NCBI RefSeq assembly: GCF_009914755.1
Contig: NC_060935.1
From: the human T2T-CHM13v2.0 reference genome, Homo sapiens
DNA length: 64,000 nt
Reading direction: 5' to 3' (one strand)
This document shows, one piece after another, positions 27,117 to 40,258 of the stretch. The notes beneath the pieces are model-generated. The model had not been told where the DNA came from and did not search any database. It saw only the letters and a list, made by a program, of their open reading frames with translations. Within the stretch, counting starts at the first letter, position 1, and each line of letters begins with the position of its first letter. The position numbers and the translations under genes are program-made.

Positions 27117-27329
27117 CGATTCTGTATTTTTTAAAAATTTTTTCATCTTGGTCTACCCTTTGATCATTTAGAGTATTACCTGTATAATGATCAATATGTT
27201 ATCTGGAAACATTTTGTATTTTTATTCATCTCAGAAAGCTCCAAGTATTATTTTGTTCTAGAGACAGATTTATAGTAAGCTTTTAAATCTTTAATATTTT
27301 ATTCCTTCATTCTCCATATATTAGTCTGG

Positions 27330-28250
27330 TTCCTTCTATGTGTTGGACACTATAACAGATACTGTGGATACTGCAGTGAAGCCAATGGGCATGGACTCTG
27401 CTAGGGGAACAATGGCGTAGGCAGAGAAACAAGTCCAAAGACTGAAAACTGGAAAAGCCTTGACTTCCTGGATCGTAAATTTTAAAAAGCCAGAGTGAAT
27501 GAAGCATTGCATGCAGTGGGCAGATTGATTCGTAATGAGTTTGAAGAGTTAGGCAGGTACTAGGTATGTAGAGCTTGGTAGGCCATTGTCAGAAGTAAAA
27601 GTTTGTATAAAAAGAGCAATGGAAATAAATCTGATATGGTTTGGCTGTGTCCTCACCCAAATCTCATCTTGAGTTGTAGCTCCCATAATTCCCACGTATT
27701 GTGGGAGGGACCTGGTGAGAGATAATTGAAAGGGAGGTGGTTTCCTCCATACTATTCTTGTGGTGGTGTATAAGTCTCATGAGACCTGATGGTTTTATAA
27801 GGGGTTTCCTTTTTCACTTGGCTCTCATTCTCTCTTGCCTGCCACCATGTAAAACATGACTTTTGTCTTCTGCCATGATTGTGAGGCATCCCCAGCCACA
27901 TGGAACTGTGAGTGCATTAAATCTCATTTTCTTTATAAATTACCCAGTCTCTGGTATGTCTTTACAGCAGTGTGAAAACGGATTAATACAGAATCAGTGA
28001 AATGGAAGTTGTGAGAAACCCAGAGTAAATTGAGATTTTTGAAAAGTTAATTTCATTGATGTTTATATTGCTGTGTTAGAAATGGGTTGGGTAGAAGCAA
28101 ACATGGAACCACAGAGAATGGTTGCTGAGAAGTTATGATATTAATCTAGGGAAGAGGAAATAATGGCTTGGATCCAGTGGGAGTTAAGACAAAGAGAAGC
28201 GTACAGATTTAAAATAAATTTTGTATTTAGAAGTAACAGAACTTCTGTGT
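27330..28250 (-). mobile_element. L2 fragment split by a THE1 LTR
   Basis: GAGCTTGGTAGGCCATTG ... AAGAGCAATGGAAA [LTR] ... TTTTTGAAAAG ... ATGGCTTGGA pattern. Confidence 0.5.
27632..27990 (+). mobile_element. THE1 (B/C/D) solo LTR
   Basis: TGATATGGTTTGGCTGTGTCCTCACCCAAATCTCATCTTG ... GGATTAATACA. TSD AAATC/GAATC. Confidence 0.93.
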
Positions 28251-28664
28251 TATTTACTAATATAGGGAAATGATTCCATCTGGGCATTGGTAGAATACTT
28301 ATGTGGCTTTGGGTTGTATTCCAGAAACTATGATTGGGGGATCCAGTGATCTGGCATGTTGGCTTACATGTACAGAGTGATTAGAAATAAATTAAGGCTG
28401 GTTTCAGAAAGCAGAGACTTTGTCTTGCTAGTCTGCTTAGTGCCTACAATTTCTGGTACATAGGTGACACTCAGTAAACAATAGTGTAATGAATAAAACA
28501 GAATTTTCCAATGACTCATAAGAGCATAATTAGCTCATCATATGGAATATGGAGGAAAATTTCATTAACTTGGGGGTAAATAGTATGATATAGGCTTATT
28601 ATTACCATCTCCTCAGATAATAAATGCAAACACACTGCTATTAATATGAGCATTTATTCTGGGA

Positions 28665-28870
28665 GGCATCATAGTGAGAAGGGGAGAATACAGTGTTTGG
28701 AGTCACTCAGAACTAATTTTGAATTACAATTCCATCACTTAATAGTTCTGTGGCCATGAAAAATTTACTTAACCTCTCTCATATTTAGTGTACTCATCTG
28801 TACATTGCATGTGTTAGTATATCCCTTAAACAGGTACAATGAAGTCCAATTACATGAGAGTTGATGAAAA
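28665..28870 (+). mobile_element. MIR
   Basis: TTTGGAGTCA ... CATCACTTAATAGTTCTGTGGCC ... TTACTTAACCTCTCT ... CTCATCTGTA. Confidence 0.65.
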
Positions 28871-28872
28871 AG

Positions 28873-29408
28873 TACATAGCTATACATGGGCCATGTTACG
28901 TAGCTATACATGGGTGGTTTGCTGCACCCATCCACCTGGCATCCACGTTTTAGGTACCTCATGCATTAAGTATTTGTCCTAATGATCTCCCTCCCCTTGC
29001 CCCCTACCCCAACAGGCCCCAGTGTGTGCTATTCCCCTCCCTGTGTCCATGTGTTCTCATTGTTCAACTCCCACTTATGAGTGAGAACACGTGGTGTTTG
29101 GTTTTCTGTTCCTGTGTTAGTTTGCTGAGAATGATGGTTTCCAGCTTCATCCTTGTCCCCACTAAGGATATCAACTCACTCTTTTTTATGGCTGCATAGT
29201 ATTCTATGGTGTAAATGTGCCACATTTTTTTATCCAGTCTATCACTGATGGGCATTTGGGGTGGTTCCAAGTCTTTGCTATTGTAAATAGTGCTGCAGTA
29301 AACATACGTGTGCATGTGTCTTTGGGTATATACCCAGTAATGGGATTGCTGGGTCAAATGGTACTTCTAGTTCTAAATCCCTGAGGAATTGCCACACTGT
29401 CTTCTACA
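28873..29408 (-). mobile_element. L1PA8-like 3' fragment lacking its poly(A) end
   Basis: GGTGGTTTGCTGCACCCATC ... CAACTCCCACTTATGAGTGAGAAC ... GAGGAATTGCCACACTGTCTTC. The ORF at 29064-29357 (-) resembles the L1 ORF2 C-terminus. Confidence 0.9.
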
Positions 29409-30072
29409 AGTTCTTATAATGGATTCTAGAGGTTTTCATTGCTGAGAAGGCTATAAGCAAAGAATTACCTCAAGGCTAATTTAAGGCTACATTTCCTCTC
29501 AGACAATGTCTTTCAGAGTGTGACTTTTTGACTCACATTAGTTTCATACTGGGAGCCTGGGAGCTTGTAATAAACTTACATTCTAGGGCTTCTATCAGCT
29601 CAATGAGTCACAATCTGAGACTATTCATAACAAAAAAGATATCCAATCTCCTGCATGATATTATGGATTCTGAAGTTTAAGACCCTGGTTTCACAAGTTT
29701 GTAAATATCTATGTTCTTAATTCCAAAAGCTCTCTGCTGTTCTGTCACATAAAGATCTCTTTAAAAGCTAACACTTAAATGTTGGTGGCTTTACTGACCT
29801 AGATCAGCCTCCATTAGTTAATTGTACTTCCTTGCATATTTTAACTGCAAAGAGGTGAACGATGAATACAATATCAAGTCTTTCATACATTTTGTATTGG
29901 ACTTAACAAATCTTATTTTCACTTACATAGAAATGGAGCAAAGGTAATTCTACTTTACATCTGATGTGTAAATTGCTGTAGTAATCACATGCTTTATTCA
30001 ACTACTTCCATAATGAAGAATTTATCTTATTAAAAGACACATCTGGAACTCAGTCCCTCCCAGGGTCTCAAG

Positions 30073-30074
<2 letters not shown>

Positions 30075-30115
<41 letters not shown>
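30075..30115 (+). repeat. Pure A41 homopolymer
   Basis: 41 uninterrupted A. Confidence 0.95.
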
Positions 30116-30117
<2 letters not shown>

Positions 30118-31649
30118 AAAAATTAGTTATATTCTAATGGCTTTTTCTGATTTTTAAAAATTTTTATTTATTTTTTCAATCTAAATTCCATTCTCATGTT
30201 CTTTCTTTTCTAGTGACTGGCTTTTAGATGCTGTAATTCTGCCTCTGCTTTTCTCACCAGAGAGCTTTTCTAGTTGCATTTTTCTTGCCAGCCTGGGCCT
30301 CTATGTTAAATTCAACCTTGTTCTTCTCTTTCACTCTAAATCACTGGCTTCACCACCACTGAATATGCCTCTTTTTTCTTCATCTTAGGCCAATAGCACA
30401 GCATGCTCTGGCATCTAATGCAATATGCTAAGAGCAAACAAAGAAAGCCAAATTGGCCTTTGAAAGATTATCATATATTAATTATAGCCCATTAAATTTT
30501 ATCTTTAAAAAAACAACACTGCCAGATTTCTTGGGAACAGAGCAAATTGTGATACCTAAACCACTCAATGTTCTGATCTCTAACATGTTTATTGAAATCC
30601 TCTAGGTTCTGCTCTGTACTGGGCAACACCATTAGAAACCACACGTACCTGGGACAAAACATAATACCTGAGCACCTACTCAGCCTTTTTCCCTTGCATC
30701 CACTGCACACCCTATGATTCATACAATGATTACAATAATTAGAAGAGTATGAAGAAGGATAGGGAACAAATATTACTTCCTTTGCAAATATAAAAAACTC
30801 TCTGTTTGAAAGTCATTGCTCATAATTTGGGAAGAGATACAAGTCCTTCACAGAAGAACTCTTGGGCTAAATTCTGATTGCATTCAAGTCTAAAGAAAAA
30901 AATAATCTTTCCTCAGTTGCAGTCACACATTGTCTTATCCAAACTTGTCATCTACATAAGGCAACTTGATGGCCAAAGACCTTACAGCCAAATCCAGTGC
31001 CCTAGTTTCTGCTCATTTCTTCCTGGCATCTGGTATGTTCCCGTCCATCTGCTTCCTTTACATGGTCTCTGTTCACTTTCGTATTTAAAAGTTTTACTTT
31101 GCTCCATATTTAAGTAGTAAATCTAGTTAATTTCTTTAGGAGTTAAGCAAGTTATATATCTTAATTTATTATAGAAAAAAATCTCATGTCTCTGCTATGG
31201 TAGTTCTCAAATGCCAATCTGAAAAACAGTGAGTAGGTGACTAACTTTTCACTGGTTTGTGATGAAAAGAGAACAACATGATTATAGAATTTTAAAATAC
31301 AAAGTAAGTTGCCAGATTCTTTATTCTGAAATTTTTGCCCTTACCTTTTTTGGGTATTTGATCATTCTTCAGTTTACAAAATGATAATTACATTTGCTTT
31401 TAATTTTCCTTTGATACATTTTTGGCAAAATTAAAGTTGGCAACCTAATATCAATTGTTCATTTTTTTTCTCCCACCATCTTCTCAATCAAATTTTACTA
31501 GTCCATTAAATCTAATTCAGGAACCACTGGAAATACACATTTTGAACTGAAAAGTCACCTTTCTGAAAATCAAGTAGCATGTTTCTGGGCACTATCAGAA
31601 TAGAGCCATAAACTAGGCAAGAGCCATTGATTCCCATTTCATGGACACA

Positions 31650-32194
31650 TGTGACAAAACTGTCAGATGACTCCCAATGATTTCTCTCTCCTCATACTCC
31701 TGCCTGTTTGTGTCATTCCTTCCCTTTGGCAGGGCACAGGATTTGTTTCTAAACAATATATTATGGTAAAGGTAATGGAATGTCACTTTGCTGATTACAT
31801 TGCATAAGGTTAAATACCCCTCTTGCTAGGAGACACTTTCTCCTTAACTTTGATGAAACAAGCAGGCATGCTGGAGAGGCCCATGTGGCAAGGAACTGAG
31901 ACCGGCTGCTGGCTAACAGCAAGAAACTAATACCCTCATCATTACAGGCTGTAAAGAATTGAATTATGTCAATATCCATATGAACTTGGAAGAAGATCCT
32001 TTCTTAGACAAAGCTGGATAAAAACCAAGACGTAACTGACACTTTGACTGCAGCCTTGTAAGACACTGAAGTGGAAAACAAGCTAAACCCTGTCTGGAAT
32101 CCTGATGTAGGGAAACTGTGAGATAATAAGTGTGGGATGTTTAAACTGCTAATTTTTTGGTAATATTATTACATAGCTATAGATAATTCATATA
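31650..32194 (+). mobile_element. MLT1 (G/H-like) MaLR LTR
   Basis: GATGACTCCCAATGAT ... GGAGAGGCCCATGTGGCAAGGAACTGAG ... GAAACTGTGAGATAATAAG ... ATAGATAA. Confidence 0.8.
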
Positions 32195-33469
32195 AATAGA
32201 AATTGAGTCAACTATACTTAATTGGAGATCCCTGAAGACATTCTAGACTGGAAAGTATTGAGTTACTAAAACCAATTAAGTCCATATAGAACTCATGTTG
32301 AAGTAATTTAAAAATCATTGTTGAGATTATTTTAAAGGGAATTAATATGTTTCTTTTTATGTTTTTCCATTTAAAATGTTAAACTCTTCCCAATCTTAAC
32401 GATTTTAACTCAAAAATATATTCAGTGCATTTAAACTTAAATGATTTTAGCATGATAATTTTCATTTGTTTCCTGTGATGGGGAACACTTTAGTAATTCC
32501 AGTGTTAGGGAGTTATAGGACTTAATTGTCATGTTAAGTCATTTGCGTTGTTCATTGAGTCATAGGTTAGCATGACTGGAACTATTCTTTAGTTAAAATA
32601 AGAATAGTCATCAAACAAAAACATGTGATGACAAGTGTGAGTTGCTAATCCAGTTTTGAATCATAGGTCTAAATCAAACTGTGTCTTATGTATTTTCTAA
32701 TTCTCATTTGCATTTGAACCCCCATGCACACAAATGAGATTCACTCCCAGTTACTCATTTCCTCACACTGACTTTTAATTAGAATGGAGAAGAAAGCTAT
32801 ATCTTATATCTATGAAGTGAATAGTGTGGAAATTCTCTGCAGTGAAAATATTCAATTCAAACCGGTGAACGTTCATTGGGCAACTTATAACTGCATGGGA
32901 GAGAAGGTAGGAAACTGAAAGACAGCATGAAACTTGCTCTCTGTCAGACAGAAGAGGACATTCTGATAAGGGAATTCTCAGGGAATGGATTTTTTAGAAC
33001 TGGTTCCTTAGAAAATATGTCAAAGATTTTGAAAGTGCTGAATATCTAGAGGTGTTGCTGTCACCACCAGGGTGATTTTCTTTACCCATCTGACAAGATG
33101 CAAAAAGAAAAGCAACATAAGTACTTTGAAGAAGATTGAAAAGCTACAGAATAGCCCACTTTAAGAATCAATTTCAGCGAGTTTGAAGTTAGTGCTTTTT
33201 ATTGTAATTTGGAAAGCAACTTATCTTTTGGGTTGATTGATGTTATTTGGGAGAAGTTTTAGTCATTTATTTTGTGCCAGGCACTGTGCTAGGCTGTAAG
33301 GATCCAGCTGTGGAAAGATAAGTGTGGTTCTTGTCCTATGCAGTGTACAGTCCAGAAGAAAAGCAGATATGAGAAATATCACAAGTGTGATGAGTGTTGT
33401 AAAAAGAGAAGCCTGAACTATCATGAGAGCATGTTGGAAGGAGATGTCATATGCTCTTTATTTTTCAGT

Positions 33470-34220
33470 TTTCTGTACACCGACTTGTATTGTAAATTTA
33501 TTGACTCATACCATATATACACAAAAAAATACAGAAATAATAAGTGTACAGCTTGGAAAATTATCACAAAGTGAACACTTCCGTGTAACTGCCACAAGAA
33601 TCAGGAAATAGAAAAATACCAGAACCTCAGAAGCCCTCTTCTTTTAACCTTCCAATTTCTCTAGCCTCCCTTTTCCTCAGAGGTTATCATTATCCTGACT
33701 TATAATACCACAAATTAATTTTATTTAAATTTTTTTTGTGAATGAATCCCATTTTATCTACTCTTGTGGTGTCTGGTTCTTTCTTTAGTGTGAGTCATCC
33801 TTGCTTTTGAAGGTAGTGCTAGTCTATTGCCATTTCTCTATATTATGTCATTGTTTAAATACAGCATAACTTATTTATTTATTCTCCTTTTGAGTTGTTT
33901 CCAGCTTGGGGCATTTACAAATAAAGCTATTATAAACATGGAGATTAGTATGGTCAGCCTTAGTGGAGTCTGCCAATTGGGTAATCCAATTTATACTCTT
34001 ATAAGCATACAGGTAGTGTAAAAGAGCTGCAGAGAGTCTACATCTTAACCAACTCATGGAATAATCAAAATTTTCAAATTTTAATTTTTCATGTCTGTAA
34101 TAGTATTGAACTTTGATTTTAATTTGCATCTTTTCAGTTCCTAATGAGGTTGATTTATACATCAACTCTTGTTGCATCCAGACAGCTAGTCTCTTATCCA
34201 TAAATTTTATATCAAACACT
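33470..34220 (-). mobile_element. Old L1 (L1ME/L1MD-like) 3' region
   Basis: AAGTGTACAGCTTG ... CACAAAGTGAACAC ... TTGTTTCCAGCTTGGGGCATTTACAAATAAAGCT ... TTTTAATTTGCAT. Confidence 0.7.
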
Positions 34221-34830
34221 TACAAAATTATGTCTCTGTAAAGGGGGTTGAATTTATACAGACTATACGTATGCTTTTGTGGGATAACATTCTTTACAAG
34301 AATAAAATATGCTACAGTAAAGAATAGAAGATCTAGTTATGTGGCAGTAGGAAAATTACTTAACTCTCTAGTGCTTACCCAACTCACATTAGGAGAGAGG
34401 TGTTAGGCTGTTAAAAACCTATAAGCTATAGTCCAGTTCTTATACATTGCCATCAACCCCTACCTCAAATAGAAAAAATAAGGTTGAAGATTTTCCTAAA
34501 TATAAATTATATGCTTTTAATGCATATTTTCTTTCAGGTTATTCCACTGAAGGACAGCCACTGGCATTAAGAAGTGTTAGTTACATGTACACAAGATCAT
34601 GGGTCCTCAGGTAAAATTTCTATTTATTTATGTAAAGTGTCTCAAAATATCACTCTAGAAATATCAATCACTCCCACACCCAAGAATGAAAAAAACTAAT
34701 ATCACTTTGCAGAAATGTGTGCTTCTTAGAGGAAGACACATTCCCACCCTTCCAAGCTCAATGCCCAATTCATTAAGTCTTTCTTAAATATGACTCCAGC
34801 CCTCACAATCCAAGACAAATGCACAGGTCT

Positions 34831-37771
34831 AAAGAACTTAAAAGTAAAACCTAAAACTATAAAAACCCTTGAAAAGTAACAATTCTAGGATATACTATTC
34901 TGGACATAGAACCAGGCAAAGATTTCATGAGAAAGACATCAAAAGCAATTACAATAAAAACAAAAATTGACAAGTGAGACCTAATTAAACTAAAGAGCTC
35001 CTGCACATCAAAAGACATTATCAACAGATTAAACAGACAACCTACAGATTGAGAGAAAATATTTGCAAACTATGCATCTGACAAAGGTCAAATATCCAGA
35101 ATCTATAAGGAACTTAAATTAACAAGCAGAAAAACAAACAACCCCATTTAAAAGTGGGCAAAGACATGAACAGACACATTTCAAAAGAAGACATCTATGT
35201 GGTCAACAAACATGTAAAAAAAATGCTCGATACCACTAATCATTAGATAAATGCAAACCAAAACCACAATGAGATACCATATCATACCAGTCAGAGTGGC
35301 TAATATTAAAAAGTTAAAAAATAACAGATGCTGACAAGGTTATGGAGAAAAGGGAACACATATACTGCTGGTAATGGCAGTGATGGGCCATCTGGAGCAG
35401 CCACTGCCATCACACCAGCTGCTACAAGGAAGCTTGGCCAGGGCTGCTGCATGCTTCATGGAGCCAGCAGGAGTCAGGGACAAGTGGGAACCCCACCCCT
35501 ACTCAGTAGAGGCAGGAGCTTACCAGGTGCCACTGCAGCCACCCAAGCCATGGCTGCAAACTGGACATCCCTGTGCTCTTTGTTCCAAGAGCAGGCAGGA
35601 GCCCCACCCTCCAGGGCAAAGCTGCAGCTGCTCGAATCATGGCTATGGACCCAGGCATCTCTGTACTCTCAGGGGCCCAGAAACGCCGCCCCCCATTCCC
35701 CGACCTTCGCAGGCTTGGAAATGCCTGCTCCCGCTGCTTGGCTTCTCCCTGCTATTTGTGCCCGCTCTAATCCTGTAGCAAAGTTGGGACAAAGCCTGGG
35801 TACTCTCACAGCCCAGCTGGGTGTTCACACACTCGAGGCAGTGCTGAAACACCAGTCCCTTGCCGCCTAAGACCCTCCAAACTTTGGGCACTGATAAGCA
35901 TAGGAGGGAAGCTGAGCAGGGGCTGAGAGCAGCTCTGCACTGGCCTGCAGATACCTCTCGACACCTATAGCCTGGGCACCATGAACAGCAGCAGGAAGCA
36001 GACAGGTTCCTGGGTGGAAGGGGGCGGGCCCCCTAAGGCCCCATCTTCAGGCCAGGGAGGGCCTGAAAATTGGGTGCCAGGCTGCCAGTCCCACAGACCA
36101 GATTGGGAACTTGAGGTGCCTTTTCTGGGCCTGCCCATGGACCAATAGGCATGCACTGCCTCCCCTCTGTGGCCCATAGAAGCCCTGGACTCAGCCAGAG
36201 CTGAGCAGACTTCAGGACAACCAGCTGCAGAGAAGAGCAACCCAACCTAGGGCCTCCTCTCTGCTGACAGTTGCAGAGATATCAGGATGACATGCCTGCA
36301 GAGAGAAGCCATTCCCTCTAGGGTCTCCTCTCTGCTGAGTGCTGCACAGATAATGGGACAACCAGCTGCAGAAAGGAGCTACCGTCTCTGCTCTGCTGAT
36401 AGCTGAACATCTGTCAGGATGAATTGTGTAGCCGAGAGGAGCTACCCTCTCTGCTAGGAGCCGAACACTCCTTGGAACACCCTGGGAGCAGAAAGGAGCT
36501 GCCCCTGTGGTTTTCCTCTGAGCTGTTCTATCACTCAGTAAGGCTCCCCTTCATCTTGCTCACCCTCTACTTGTCTGCGTACCTCATTCTTCCTTTTCAC
36601 AGGACAAGAACTTGGGACCCACTGAATGGTGAGGATAAAAGAACTGTAAAACAAACAGGGCTGAGACATCCTCCTGGCTTGCCATGCTGTGAGCAAAGAG
36701 AAGGAAAGAAGAACTGCGATTCTTCAGGGACCCCAGACCTGGGAGCTCCCTCAGCCAGGGCTGTGACTCCCCCCTTTGGGGCCTGCAGTTCCTGGCATCT
36801 CCATGCTTCCAGGAACCACCGTGTTCCCCAGTGCCAGCCGTGGAAGCTGCTTGTGGTGCAGCTGGTCTGGCTGCAGCCTCGCAAAGAGCCAGTGCCCATG
36901 CCAGCACCTGTAGCTGCCTGCCCCACTGCACATATGACTGTGTGCAGTGGCTGGAACTCAGGCTCACTCATGCACCCCTTACTGTTCCATGCCTGACTTG
37001 CCCTTGGCAGGCATGGGACCCAAGCAGGTAGTGTGAGCCAAGCACAGCCTGCTAGGCCAAGTGGGCGAAAGGAGCCCAGTGGGCCTAAGCTAAACTTGGG
37101 CAAAGGTGCCACTGGCCACAGAGGTTTCTGGCCAGAAAATAAATACCCCAAATATCCTGTAACACTGATGGGAATGTGTACTATTTCAGCTGCTGTGGAA
37201 TGTAGTTTGGTGATTCCTCAAGGAAATTAAAACAGAACCTACCATCCAACCCAGCAACCTGTTATTGATAATGTACTCAAAGGAATATAAATTTTTCTAC
37301 CATGAAGAAACATGCACATATATGTTCATCACATCACTATTCATAATAACAAAGACATGGAATCAACCTAAATGCCCATCAATGGTAGACTGGATAAAGA
37401 AAATATGGTGATTATACACCATCGAATATTATGCAGCCATAAAAATGGAGATCATGTTGTTTGCAGGAATGTGAATGAAGCTGAAGGCCATTATTCTAAG
37501 GGAACTAATGCAGGAATGGAAAACCAAATACTGCATGTTCTCACTTATAAGTAGAAGCTAAACAATGAGTGCATATGGACACAAATTAGGGAACAATAGA
37601 CACCAGGGCTGACTTGAGGGTAGAAGTTGAGAGCAGGGTAAAGAAAAAAAGACTACCTAACAGATACTATGCTTATTACCTAGATGATGAAATAATCAGC
37701 ACCAAACCCTAATGACATAAAATTTGCCTATATAAGGAATCTGCACATATACTCCTGATACTAAAATAAAA

Positions 37772-37804
<33 letters not shown>

Positions 37805-37811
37805 AAAAGAG
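34831..37811 (+). mobile_element. 5'-truncated L1PA15/16-like element, split by a MER52 LTR
   Basis: ORF2 3' sequence at 34840-35371 resumes at 37165. 3' UTR ends CTAAAATAAAAGTT. Candidate TSD AAAGAACTT at 34831 and 37812. Confidence 0.9.
35372..37164 (+). mobile_element. MER52 (A-like) ERV1 solo LTR, about 1.8 kb
   Basis: TAATGGCAGTGATGGGCCATCTGGAGCAGCCACTGCCATC start, ATCCTGTAACA end, GC-rich, internal CTCTCTGCTGA repeats, 4-bp TSD CTGG/CTGA inside L1 sequence. Confidence 0.9.
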
Positions 37812-38261
37812 AAAGAACTTGTTTAAGGTCCTAAGTTTTGATGACAAATAAACAACAACAACAACAAAAAACTTAGATACGTTCCTTATCTAACACAAAG
37901 GAAGATGAGAACGATAAACACAGAGAAACTTGATAAACAGGTATTATAGCTTTCTTAAAGAGAGATACAAGAAGTTCTAGTATCTCCAGAAGATGGCTGA
38001 TAGATCAAAATTTTAGAAATAATGTACGTGGTAGAGATCTCCACTTAGGAACCTGAGGCAAAGACCCACTGGTTCATTGACTTGTTTTTTCATGACATTT
38101 TGTGTCTTTTTATAGGAGTTTCTTCTTCTTTTTATTTTGTTATTATAAACTGTTTTAATGCTTTTCTTTTTACACCTTTTAGAGTCTTTACAGACTCCCC
38201 TTATGTAGGTTGTGCCTGTGCAAGAGACCTGTGTTTATAAAAAGTCCTATCTCCGAAAAAT

Positions 38262-38702
<441 letters not shown>

Positions 38703-38904
38703 GAAGAAGCTAGCATGTCGCTCTGTGTCATGCTGGTATTTCCCAGATCTCTACAATTCCATTTTCTTTTCTGGGGAGATTGTAATCATAGAGAGTTACA
38801 ACTGCTCAATCTCTATCTTTAACTTAGCCCTTCCTCCAAAGTACAGACACAAACTCTAAATGCCTACTCCTGGTATCATACAAACTTGTAAGATTCAAAA
38901 CACT

Positions 38905-39275
38905 TGTATTAGTCTGCTTTGGCTGCTATAACAAATTAGCACAGACTGTCTAGCTTAAATAAGACATTAATTTTCTCACACTTCTGGAGGCTTGAAACCT
39001 ATGATCATAGTGGTGGCAGATTTTGTTTCTGGCGAGTACCCTCTTCCTGGCTTGCAGATGGCTGTCTTCTCCCTGGGTTCACATATGTCCTTTTCTAGGT
39101 GTACGCATATGGAGAGAAAATTATCTGGTTTCTCTTCTTATGAGGACACTAATTCTGTTGGATGAATTGTATCATAACTTCATCTAACTGTAATTACTTG
39201 CTTAGAGCCCCCATCTCCAAATACAGCCATACTGGGGCTAGGGCTTCAAGATATATATATTGGAGTAACATAAAC
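38905..39275 (-). mobile_element. MLT1A-like MaLR LTR, within L2 remnants
   Basis: TGTATTAGTCTGCTTTGGCTGCTATAACAAA ... ATCTCCAAATACAGCCATACTGGGGCTAGGGCTTCAA. Confidence 0.85.
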
Positions 39276-40258
39276 AATACAAAAACCTGGATTTATTGTT
39301 AACCTTCTTAAAACTATTTTTATTCTTCCTCATCTAACTTGTGACCAGTGATTCCACCATTCTCCCACTTAAATCTTTAAGCCAGACAAATTAGAGGTAT
39401 CTTTGATTTCTCTGTCTTCATTCTCTTATCCATGCAGCCAATCAATACCCGTAACTCAACCTCTACATCTTTCTCAAGTGTCTTCTCTCCTCTCTGTTCC
39501 CAATACCACAATATTAATTTAGTTCATCAGTATCTTTTCCCTGGATGTTCCCCGCCCCTTCCCCTCCCCCCTCCACACAGGTGCATTTCCTTCCAAATCA
39601 ACTCAAATATCCCTAATAACCTCTCCCCAAGACACTTAATATTCTCAAGCAGAGAAAACTTATTTCTTCTAAATATTTTATATATTTCTATCCTCCTCCT
39701 GCTGTACTTATCATACTATATTGAATAATTCAGCATTTTATTTCAATGGTCTATTCTCATGTAAGTTGAGTGGAAGGGGAAGGAGTGGAGATGCAAGGCG
39801 AGGGAGGAAAGAATAGGAATGGGATTAGGAACTTACTCTTATTGATAACAGAATTCTCAGCACGATTTGGGTTTTGTTCAGAAGCAGTTTTTATCAAAGG
39901 ATTTCCATGAGAAAATATGTTAATAGATGTCACATGAAAATAACAAGGGAAGGGAGAGGTGGAGAGGAGTGCTCTCTTTGTTAAAATTTGCTTCATTTAA
40001 AATATACTAGGTCAGATAATTAATACACTTAATCCACAGCAAGACTTCTAGACTCTGAATATGTTACCGGGCACTGTGACACTGGGGGTGAGGGGAGGGA
40101 ATCAGAGATATTCTGTATGTTGTTTGCCACTCTAATACAATATGACCACAAAAATATTTTTAAATCAAGTTTCTTAAATCTTTCTAAATCAAGTATCTAG
40201 TTCCCAGAATTCCTGATGATAGCTTGGCCCAGGTACTTGTGAGAGCTATAAAGCTAAA

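Noticed and set aside
36220-36520. Spaced short repeats (CTCTCTGCTGA / ACCAGCTGCAGA) resembling a repeat-spacer array
   Set aside because: Intrinsic degenerate repeats of the MER52 LTR in primate DNA. No CRISPR-like regularity and no cas genes.
35328-37230. Cluster of long ORFs (up to 190 aa) on both strands
   Set aside because: They lie almost entirely in the GC-rich MER52 LTR, where stop codons are rare. They overlap each other and show no recognisable domain.
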